Origin: Botryllus schlosseri
Taxonomy: Eukaryota
Length of the DNA: 64,000 nucleotides
Direction of reading: 5' to 3'
NCBI GenBank assembly: GCA_051294905.1
Contig: CM119376.1
Location: forward strand, 15,748,001-15,812,000
The notes below the pieces were generated by a model that saw only the letters and a program-made list of their open reading frames with translations, had not been told where the DNA came from and did not search any database. Of the stretch, positions 1-12,000 are shown piece by piece (the stretch's first letter is position 1; every line of letters starts with the position of its first letter). A program made the translations under genes and the position numbers.

Positions 1-96
1 CGGAATGAATAATGAACTGTCAGGTTGATCAAGATCACGCCGAAGTGGATGATACAATCCCAGCCTTATTGATATCGGACCAAGTCCGGGACGGTC

Positions 97-3000
97 ATGA
101 ATCAAGGACATAAACGGCTATCGAGCACGGTGCCAGCTACTCCCTTATCTATCACTTCAAACACATCGGATAACACAATCACATCTTCTGAAATAGGAGT
201 CAACACATTCACATTTCCGGATCCTGACATTTTGAACGTTACCGGTGTGCACGCAAGTAACGAAACCGATCATAATTTGGATTATTCTGATTTCAATTTT
301 GTTGGTAAGTTCTTACGACGGGTGTAGCGCTATCAGCACTAATCAATGGATCAATCGAAGGATAAAATTTTCTAAGCCCCAAGTGAAGCCCTAAATGTTG
401 GGATACACCATAGAGTCGTGATGACATTTTGTCACCGGATATGTTGCATGATATTTCTTTTCAAGCGTGGGTTGCGCCTAAGCCATGAAATCCATTCAGC
501 TCGAATTGTCGCAAGTCCAAAGTTAGCTGAATTTCAAAGGAAACAAGTCGCATTGCGCTTTCGACATGCAGATGGGAAACCGGTATACAATATTATACTC
601 CCTACTAGGGATGGTGTGAACGTGAGGTTCACGTTCGTGTTCTGTGTGTGAACCTCGGAAAATTTGAGGTTCGCGTTCACAACAGAACCTTGGTAGGTTC
701 CGCACTGTGAACCTTTTCATATATTGCAATTTTCACACTTCATTATAACATCTTCGGTTCAAATTTATTGACTTTCAACTGCGGGCCACTCTATGCATGG
801 GGCTGGTAGCATAAACGTTCAACACTAAACGAGCATGCCCTTGACAATCTCAAAAATTTACTTGTATTGTTACAAAAGTCTGCTCGAAATATCCAGCCTT
901 CCGTTTGTACATATTTAGTGTCTCTGTGCTGTGAGCTTGACCCACAATCACAAGACATCAAGAGCGAAATATACACTGTATTTTGTCAGCAAATGATCCT
1001 TATTCAACCAAACAATGAGATTGATATCGTCTTCTGATGTAAAAATGTAGCAGGCGTACGGGGTCAATCTTGACTACATATGTATAGTCCAAATCCGTGC
1101 GACTGGGGTGTTGGCTATACTGCTGTATAACTTGTTAATCGGTAGCAAGTATAGAAACCCATTTTACACTCTGCTCAATATCCATGTGGCAATACTCAGA
1201 CGCTGAATACATTGTCCGATCAGGTCGAAATTGTTGGCAAAGCGACGCAAGATACTGATTTTATGGGATTATTATATCATTTGATTGCCCCAGTTGATAC
1301 ATTTGGCGACGTTTCAAACGTCAATATGTACTTAAGTACTGAGCTATTACGTGGCCCCGAGTCGTCGCTCGGTATCGTGTACCGTAGATTAATATAGGCA
1401 ATCACCTAATTGAAATATGGGGTTTAAATTAGCAATATGACGTCACGTGACGTCATGAAGTTCACGTTCGTGTTCACACAGAACCTTTCAAAAAGGTTCA
1501 CGTTCACACGAACCTGAACCTTTCAGAGGTTCACACCATCCCTACTCCCTACAATGGTTATGATATATGTGATTGCTAACTGCCTCATATGTAGCGTAGC
1601 ATACGATATTGAATTATAAATTTTGAATTCTGAATTATAGTATATGTAGATTAAGGCTGAAAGTGAATCTTCACGCAACGCGGATCCCAATCGCAGCTAT
1701 ACTCTTTTTTTTTATTCAAGACTTCCCATTTCAGATTGGTTCGTTTACACGGCGCTGGCGCTTGGCTGTTTCATCGCGTTTCTCGGATTCTTTGCGAACA
1801 CCATCACTATCATCGCGTACAACAGAAGCAGGAAATTGAGAACCACCTTCAACTTTCTTATCATCAATTTATGCACTGTAGATCTGATCTTTTCCTTACT
1901 GGTAAGTAAATTTCAAACGATCGATATTTCAACTCTATTCAACGAGCGAAAGCTACAAAGATGCTAGCTAAGGGAAATAACCATTTGGAAATTGTGTGCT
2001 AAATTTTCGAGGGATACTCAGCGTTTTAAGTCAGCGAGAAATATCCTACTTGAGATACATGTCATTGGTTGCCTATTTACAAAAACAATATGAACGCAGA
2101 CATGCCTTTGTCATCCAGGTCATCCCTAAAAACCTCATGATCCACACTCGACAAATGATAAGTACGGATGTATTTTATTAAGGTTATACCACCGCATCTG
2201 TTTGTTATGGCTTTACCATCATCCATATTCGGACAAGTAGGTTGCGTTCTACTGAGATATTCTGTCTATGTTTCGATATCTTCGTCCGCAATCAACCTTG
2301 TATGCATCGCAATGAATCGATACGTCGGGATCGTTCATTCCAAACTGTGAGTTGATACTTTCACCACTTGATGCCTCTATGGTTGCATTTTTTTTAAATG
2401 GTGTTTTAAAACACTTTATTTAAAATATGTTTTTGATATAATTATGCTATAATCGTGTAAATACTTCCGAAAAAAAAACATGTAGTATACGGACGATTTG
2501 CACCCGATATAGTCGACGTATACGATTTGGAATGGTTGGAACCCTCGAAATCTTCGTCGGTTCAACACTTACAGCACGTAGATAAATATATATCATTGGT
2601 TGGTAGCCTACGGAACGGGTGTTCTGATGATAATGACCACCGACCGTAAAAAAGCTGCATAACGATGTAGCCCTCGTTAAAGATATTTTCGGTCCGTTTA
2701 TGAGAAGGTCGGAAGCCTTTTTCGTTAAAGGGGTCATATCTACCCTATATTTTGAATTGTCAATGTCAATCAAATGTGACGTCACGATTAAAGATTCATG
2801 ACATCATCGCTATAAAAAACACAGTAAAATCATGTTTTAAACATGAGACGCGTTTTAAACATGCTTGTTTTAAATTGATTTTTGTTTCAAATGCAACCCT
2901 ATTGATGCATCAATTGTATGCTGAATACTTTTTCGAGTATATTTGCGTTAATTACAGCTATCTATACAAATTTTCAACAGATACCGCAAGATGTTTGCAA

Positions 3001-6000
3001 AGGGATACAGGAAATTTTGGATTATAGGAGTATGGCTCATTTCCCCTCTTGTATATCTACCGCTTCCGATCGGTAAGTATAAAACAGAATACAAGTATTG
3101 ATTTCTGTAATGAATGAAAGACTCGGTTGTACTCTAGTTTTCCTGGACGATTTTTCGCTTAAATCACAGGAGTCAAATTTACATGCAATTGCTCGCTGCT
3201 TGAATTTCACAGCCAATATATTTCTTAATTTTTACTCGCGTCGGTTTGTGATGCTTCCGAGTGAATCGCAGAATACTCTCAAAAACACAGTCATATATAT
3301 ATGCAGATGTTTACATCAATGAGGCATTGACGATACAATCACAGGCATCTCAAAGATATACCGATGAAATCAAAGATTATTTATTTTCTTCGTGCCCAGA
3401 CACAATTAAAATTTAAATGATTGGCCTGGTTCAGAGGTTTTCTTTCATCAATATTTCAATACCACGAGGAGACTTTTCTGGCGTGGCAAACGCGCGGACA
3501 AAGAGTGAGACAAAACGCGACAAAGCGAGCGACGGAAGTGAAGCGGGAAGACTCATCAGTCAGGTTACATCCTGACTTTGACAGTTTGCATTGCTTGCGG
3601 CCTCTTGAAATAAGGTTTACATTTCCTTGTCGGCCCATTATATGCGACGGACGGGTGTCAGCGTATAAGTCAGTGTAGAGTTCGCTATAAATAAATAATG
3701 CTGTTACCTAACATGTCATATGGATAATGGATATATATGGAGCCATGGTCCAGCTCTTTTTGTTATACTAATCATTGGCTATGTCATTCATGCTACTATG
3801 CGCGAATAGAGCAATTGCAGCGTCTTACGGGAGCAAATGCAAGGAAAACAATAAGTGGTATAGATTATACCTAATACAATACTTTTATTTCGGGGGAGAT
3901 GAAAATATTCCTCCCAAGATAAAACAATACTTCGGGCATAAATTATCCATGTGGAGGTGACACGAAGGAGTTGGGCCAAAATTGTCGTAATGAATTTAAA
4001 GACACATTTCGAGGGTGTTAGCGAAACATGCTTTCTGTCAAGCTCACGGGCCGCGGTTCAATATACTTTCGGCCCGATCATTATCGTATTACACATGATG
4101 TAGGCCGATATCGCTTCCAATTTTGCCAATGAGGTAATATAATGTACATCCGTAGAACGTACTGATGTTGAGAAAAAATAGTCTCTCTGGTGAAGAAGTA
4201 TAGGTAGGGTTGCATTTGAAACAAAAATCAATTTAAAACAAACATGTTTGAAATATGTTTCTTATTTTTTTAAGCAATGGCGTCACGGATATTAAATTAA
4301 TCATATTAAATTGTGACGTCATAGTGGATTGATAGATGGACATTGACAATTGATAATATAGGGTAAATATAGGCTTCTTTGCCCAAATATCTACGCACTA
4401 TAGCTGTTGAACCGACTATTATTGAGGGATCCAACCATCCCATATCGTATACGTCGGCTATCTCGGGTGGTAATTGTCCGTAGGCTGATACAACATGATT
4501 TTTGGAAAGTATTTACACAATTATGGCATGATTTTACAACTTAATAAAAACAATTTTTTAAAGGCCTTTGTTTTAAATACTGTTTTAAACGAAGTGTTTT
4601 AAACAACTATTTGTTTCGAATGCAACCCTAAGTATAGGCGTGCTTGTGAAGCGTTGTATATCTATAGATAACTAACCTACGCAGGTTAGTTATCGATGGC
4701 GTATCTGTCCGAGCAGAGGTATGGGACGGCATCGTCCCATGCAGACTTAACGCAAAATTCACGATAGCCGTAACTAATTGCTTTATCTTTTGAAATCTGG
4801 CGTCGGTACTAGTGTACGGCACGTGGATTTTGCGTCACGTGTCTTCGCAGTGACGTATTTGACGCCAAAATCTTATCTTCTTGCAGTGAAGTCAATTCGA
4901 AGGACAGCGTCGATAAATCGTTGCGACATGTTTTCGCCTGCAAGCGACCAATACTTGCGTGTCTACCTTGCTGTTCTTATCGGACTCCTGCAAGTCTTAC
5001 CGTTGGTTGTACTGACGGCATTTTATCGGTGAGCCGCGAAAATTTGTTTGATATCAATAATTTTGATATTGTCGACTAAATTGTCGGTTCAAATCTATCT
5101 CACGATCGCATTTTGCATTATCGACCGTTACATGCCGATACTCATTAATCTTTGATATATGATTGGAGTATACTTCCATAGTAAGAAGGGCTCCGAGGAC
5201 CTTATTCGATTGCGCGAAATATTCCCTAACTCCAGGAATTTGTACTTTCTTGTAGGGCGATGATTTTTGACATGTCAAAATAAGTCATAATTTTGTCAAA
5301 ATTGTAGGGTTAGGTCAAAAAATTGTCAAATTTTTTTGCAACCTGCATTTCGTTTTATTGTAGATGTTTGCACTGTCGGTGACCTTATAATTTGACATTC
5401 TACAGCATGGATAAAGAATTACAAAATGATCTCTGGCCCCCAAATCTTCAGCCGATGAGAGCAGATCTTTTGCTGGCTCAACACTTTGATACAAGCTCTA
5501 CTATGAATATCCAGCAATTAAACGTTTATGAACGTTCAAAGTTTGTTGCTCGGACGTGTCATCGGTCCCCACCCGGTGGGTCGGTATAAACACGACCTGG
5601 GGACCTATGAGAAATACGCTCAAAAACTTAAATGTTCCAACTTTTCTTGCTGTGTAATATAATCTAAGCTACAGCAAGCCGAAAAAGGATGTTTGGTCGC
5701 AACCGTCGATAAAATAGAATAAATAAAACCTTAAATGTTGTCATTAAATCACGTTTCCATTTAAGCACAAACTTACAAATTCGCGGGTACATACACATTG
5801 CCCGTAAATCGAGATTTTGACTTCCGAATAGCTCATTGGAGCGATAAAACATCGCAGGTATTTATCAAATACAGCGTCTGAGTGTAGGCGTGTTTCTGTT
5901 GTTGCATGACTAGTTGTCCAACTATTTTGTTTGATTTGGCTATAGAACGTTTACATTCTATAATTTGGCTATGGTATCATTGGCCTGAACTAGGATTACC

Positions 6001-9000
6001 ATATTTTTGAATCGGGAAAGGAGGACACTTGTCAAAATTTTCCAACTTTGGCCCTGTGTTTCACCAGAATTCTAAAAAAAGAGGACAAAATCTCAGAACG
6101 GAGGACATGTAGGCGTCCTCGGAGGACATTTTCAAAAACCGGAAAAAGGAGGAGAAATCCTCCTAAAGGAGGACGTATGGTAACCCTACCTAAACCGTAG
6201 AAATTATGTATTTGAATTGAAAAAATTCCACCCAAGGATGGTACTGAATGAAAAATATGTGCCGTTATATAGCCTGGTGTAAGCCCTACAGTCCGACACT
6301 TCACATTAGAAGTTATTGCTGGTTTGTTCGTGTTGAAGTTTACCAAGAAAAATGGATGCGTTGATCGAAATTTATTTTACACGCCCCAAAACAGAAAACA
6401 TCTGTCAAAGACCCCATTACTCATGAAGATGGAAGCTTTTGCACGCGAAGAAAGATTGTGCCAGCATGCAATTGTAGACAAATTCACGGAGTGCAATCAT
6501 GGGATTATCATGGATCATTTTTCAAGTATTTTCGGTCCCAGTGTCTCATCGCATCTACTCGGATAAATGACCTTTTTTAGTAAATTCACCAGCGATCAGA
6601 GTTAATTGAGTATTTTCCCGTATATATATATATGTCTTCTTTATCGAATCTGTAAATATTGGGGGGGGGGGGCGAAAATTTGTGTCGAGCTTGATATGGG
6701 GGCGATGAGTCGAAAAAGGTTGAGAACCACTGTTCTACAGCTTGTAGGCTTACCGTTGTATAAGTCCCATTGTCAGCTTATTGTGAATCATAAACGGTCA
6801 AATGAAAAAAATAGGTGAGATGGTGGTACGCTCAACTGAAGCAAGGCTGCGTGGGCATTGGTTCTTATATCAAGAAGCACATGATGGAAAATTTTGATGT
6901 AGACAACATTGTCAGAATGTAGCAACACTGTTTGTCACCAGCAGTGTACGCACAACTTCAGTGATGCCAGCCAACAACTGGTGCTTTTGAACGTTCTTTC
7001 TATATATTCTTGGGCAGCTACCTAGTAAGGACAGACACTTTCTACCCGAGAATATAGGAAAGTATCTTTCGTTGTACTGCAACAAATTTTATTCATTTCT
7101 TCCAAAATGCGTGATGTAACTACTGGAATTCTTCATAGGTGCAGATTTCGTTAAAATGAAGTTTTTTCATGTAGAAATTTGCCAGTTTAAAGTCAAAAAA
7201 GTTTTTCAGGCCAAACTACTTCGTGAGGTCATGCAGCTCCAACCAGAAATGGATAAAGTAGTACAATTCTAACATTATGCGCGAAAACACCTCATTTGGT
7301 AACGTGAGGTCGAAATGTTGTCAAAATTAAGTTTATTAAAGTCAAAAATGTCAAAATTTTGATTTTTAAGTTCAAAATCTTCTGTTGTTCAGGTAAAAAA
7401 AAATCGCCTCACTTATAACAGTACCTAGTGGTGATTTACATCTCTATTATTGTGTAGTAATGTTCTTTTCTCAACTTACGATTGTGTATGCGATAACCCC
7501 CGTGATCCTCGTTTCATTTTATTTAGGTCCTATACATAGGTGATATATTTCACAAAACAACGTAGACGAGACACGATAATAGTCAGTATGTATCAAGACT
7601 AAGTCACAAATGTAAATATATAAATTGCATTTCATCTTTTGGGGAATTTGTCTTTTGATGAAACGTAACTATTTGAAGGATTTAAGCCGACTGCTTGGAA
7701 TAGAAACAAGTTTATCCAATACAAGAACAGTGAAGGGATGCCAGGACTTTGGTGTAACCTTTACCGACCCCCACTTGGTAGTGATAATGTGAAAACGACG
7801 TTACCTCCGGAAAGTGAGGTTATGTACCCTTTGTTTTTATTTTAAAGATTGTTCTGCATCTTCAAATCATCGTTGTCAAAATTACATTAATAATAACAAG
7901 ACCTCTATCTCTAATAGAAGTACAGCGACGATCGATACTCTTATACTTTGAGCTCCAATTCTATGTATAATAGGCAGAAATGCATATAGCTGAAAGCTTT
8001 GTGTTCATTAATATTTAATACACGATGCTCTTAAAAACTCGCGGTTTATGGTGCTAACCAACATATTCTCCAAATACAAAGGGGGACCCTAATTTGGGTG
8101 ATTATAGTGTATTATCCAATGTCATACTTAATGGAGGTAGCTCCGATCGTAAGCATTCTGACACGAAAACTGGAGTAGGAGACTCCGCCTGTACTGTTGG
8201 GCAATACCCGCATGCAGACTCAAGAGTTGACGAAGCATCACAACATAAGTGTCGCATTGCAAAAGAATCTGCGTTTTAAGGGCGGGTGGTACCTTTTCTA
8301 ACTACGCGATGTAGGCCTAGGCCAAGCGAGCGCGCAGATTTGTCATAATTCATTTCCAATACCGTATTTGCAATGCATAGTCCTCCGTACCTTTGTGTAT
8401 ACGTAAACCTTACAAATGGCAATGAAGCATAATAGGATCCTATTTTCGAATATCGAAGGATTCGAATCTGTATTCGTTAAAAATAAATTTAAGAAACACA
8501 CACTAATGCACATCAGACGAATGTGATGAATATTTGATGAGCATATTCGAGGTAGGTGCACTAGACCATGATATATATACAGTTCGGAAATTATTTCATG
8601 ATGTCAGCCGCAAGAACCAAACATGCCAGGCGATTTGGAGAGATAACTTAAATATATGGAACAAATATGTTATATATGATATGCATGGAAAGATCCATAA
8701 CCACTCAAATGCATTATTGACTTTTGCGTGTGTACAAAATCCTTTATAATCGCATTATGCATGTCTGTGCAATGTTTACCAACACATATTTTAAGCTTTT
8801 ACTGTTTATATACCCTATTCATATATGCATAATATATAATGGATTTATTACAATGCATATATTGCAATAGAAAGTCACTTCCTAAGGAAGCAGATATGAT
8901 ATTTGGTACCAGTTTTCGAGTAATAGCAATATTCAATCATTTTAAAGTTATTACTTGAAGCGGGGCCTACTATAGTATCGTAGGCCCCGCTTGAAGCAAT

Positions 9001-12000
9001 TAATGTGGTATTACCCGGTTTAAATTGACACGTGAATCGCATGACAATGGATTCGCTCAAACTAGACCAACTTCGCCGTTATGAAATTACAATTCGAAAT
9101 CCCCGGTCATGCGTCTATTATTTGAACTATTTCTGATCTACGCCCAAGTCTGAGTTAGCTAGATACTTAATGGTGTCGTACTGGAGAGATATCTACACCA
9201 TTCGGTGTGTTTCAAGTCATTACATTATGATGAGATTGATTTTATTTTCTCAGTGCCATTTTAGCTAAGGTGAAGAAATGCAGGAAAACGGTGGAGCACC
9301 ATCCATTAACGAATACTCCCACGTGTTACGGGTCCTACTTGGGGAACTCTTGTGCAATGAAGAGCACGAATAGTCCCGAAAACAGCCCGGGACTAGTGAA
9401 GGCCCCTACAACCAGGTTCTCATTCCGACGGGGATCGTCGAAGAGATCCGACGACGAAGTCGCATGCGAAAAAAGTGATGAAATTAATGAGGGCAGAAAG
9501 GCGATAATAATGGCCTATTTGGAAGTACCATCGGCATCAATATCACCAAGGAAAAATCCGGGGGCTTTGTATAAGCGATGTAAGTATGTATAACACAATG
9601 TGATTTCAGTATCCCAACACAATTACGCATATATTCATCTTATGCTCGCATCATATGCAAATCTATCACAAGTCGATTGTTTAATCACTTGTTAAAATCT
9701 CTCTCTGGACAAAGTGACCATGAATGCATGTCCTCGTGAGATGCCAATAGGACAAAGTCGAAAACTAACTTTCTTCATCTGATCTCATTTCCACCGTCTT
9801 ATCGATGCTTATTCAGTCGCTTCCACGAAAAAGTAATTTATTCCTTTTTAAATTGCTTAAAAAGAAGTGTGAACTCATTTCATCCAGTCTGTATTAGACA
9901 CGCTTCGCAGAAATTTGTTATCGACCGAAATGTAATAACGCAAATCAATTCTCGTCACACGTCTTGTCGCGCGGAGCAAAACGCTTGTGCCTTGATGCAG
10001 CATCCTAAGGCGCACGAAAATCGAACCGAGGTGCGATATATTCAATGAAAACGCGATGTTCATATTTCAGCCCCGCCCCAGACTAGAACGATGATTGTGG
10101 GACGAGACAGCGAGGAGAAAAATCAGGTTTTAATATCCGGTACGACATCCTCTCCAAATCTGTTAGACAAATCTGAGGAAGAATCTTACGCCAACAGCAC
10201 CAGGAGCAGATCCACATTACTCTGGTGCAGACAAAGATCGTTTAGTACGGGAGGTATTTATCTCAATTCCTTGATGCAATAGGCCAGGGGTCGGGAACTT
10301 TTTTCGACCGAAGAGCCATATTGACCCAATCTTTCCAATTGTAACCCCTAAAGAGCAATACATGTCAATCAACAGTTACGTCACAATTGAAAATTTGTGA
10401 CGTATTGGTAGCACTAATATATGGGATTGATAGTGTGCACCATATTTGTCTGCCCACATGCGTAGGTGGAGCCAAACATGGTCACTACAGCCGTACACAC
10501 CCACTGCAGGATGTGATACGTCAGTGACGTGGGGTTAGGGGAGGCAAGTGAGGTAGTGCCTCACACGTCGTCAGGGATGAGCGAGGGAAAATTGTGAGAC
10601 CTTCAATGATGATATTTTTATCGATGTTTATGAATGATTAGATTTTAAACATTTCTATTCCCACAATCACGGAATTTTCATATTTATTGTTCGAAAATAA
10701 AGCGCAAAGGGAGAGTTAAGGCACAGTTGAGGCCAGGGCTTTGGAGCCGGAGCCGGAGCCCGGAGCCGGAGCCCCGGAGCCGTGCATTTTCACCGGAGCT
10801 GGAGTCGGAGCCGGAGCTCTTCATAAAATTTAGCCGGAGCCGGAGCTGGAGCCCGTTATTTGAGGAGTAGCTCCGGCTCCGACATATTTCATAAGATGCT
10901 ATTATATATGCAACAACCACATCTGCTGATTTATCATAATTGAACACCAGGCCTGAATTTTAATGCAATGCACACTTGCACAGCAATGGCACGGAGTAAA
11001 TTGCGTTCTAGTGCAACTATGGTGTTGTCGACAATTGACAAGTATTCAGTATGAAGTCACAAGCCGGCACGGTGGCACCTATATGTATTTGTTGCTACAT
11101 CGGATGTTACTGACGGCTGAGGACTCTAGATTACTATGGATAACTAACCTATTAGTAGATTAGTAATCTATATAGACCAGGAATGGCCAACCTTTCTGCT
11201 AAAGGGGCACATGCAATTGACGAATTGACGAGTGCGCGGTTCACTAGCCACGCCAAGCGGGTAAAATTTTCTAAGTTTATAAATAAACTAGGTGAGTATT
11301 GCTGGTCTATTGTATACCACCCGCGAGGCTCAGTTTGCAAGGACACGACTATTCGGCGTCTGGACACATCGATATCGAAGGTCTCCGATAATATGCGACA
11401 CTCATTTTGTGCCTGTACATTTCACCGTCGACGATTTTTATGCGAGCTCAAACGCGAAAAGACTTTCTTCCGTAATTGCGAATAGACTCAATCGGGCAAA
11501 TTAGGCGTTTTTTTTCATTTTCAGTAGGGAGTAGGCTACCAAGCAAGAAATCGTGTGACAATTAAACACGCGAAGCGTGAAGAAAAATTTCGCTACTATT
11601 TTAGATTATTGTAATGTACGACGATTTACTGAAAATGTGACTGGACCCTGGATCTGCCAATGCGTCGGAACTGATATTTTAGTCATCAACATCCCAAGTG
11701 TCGCAGCCAGAATTGTAATTTTTGGTTGGCATTGGAAGTTCACAATCCGAGCAATTCATTTTCCATAATATAATAGGACATTACCTCGCGGGCCACGCAA
11801 AACCCTCTCGCGGGCCACATTTGCGGGCCACCCCTGATATAGATAGCACCATTCTATAATTTCAGAGTCGGAGCCGGAGCTGGAGCCGGAGAAGTGGTTA
11901 TAATGCGGCTCCGGAGCTGGAGCCGGAGCTAATGTATGATAAAAGACAGCTCCGGAGCCGGAGCTGGAGCAGTTTAAATTTACGGCTGCTCCAAAGCCCT

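Larger units (their letters stand above)
5253..7411. mobile_element. Non-autonomous hAT-like element carrying nested insertions; second copy at 46954-47779
   Basis: Ends tagggcgatgattttt / aaaaaatcgcctca. About 830 bp is collinear with 46954-47779 once 5406-6732 is removed. No clear TSD on this copy. Confidence 0.75.

Noticed and set aside
8094-8279. Possible extra GPCR ICL3 exon
   Set aside because: No donor in the phase needed to join the 9254 exon; the frame ends in a stop.
10283-10340. Solo Buster-type ends (also near 35880-35925, 51025 and 52160)
   Set aside because: No partner TIR or TSD found; treated as undelimited fragments.
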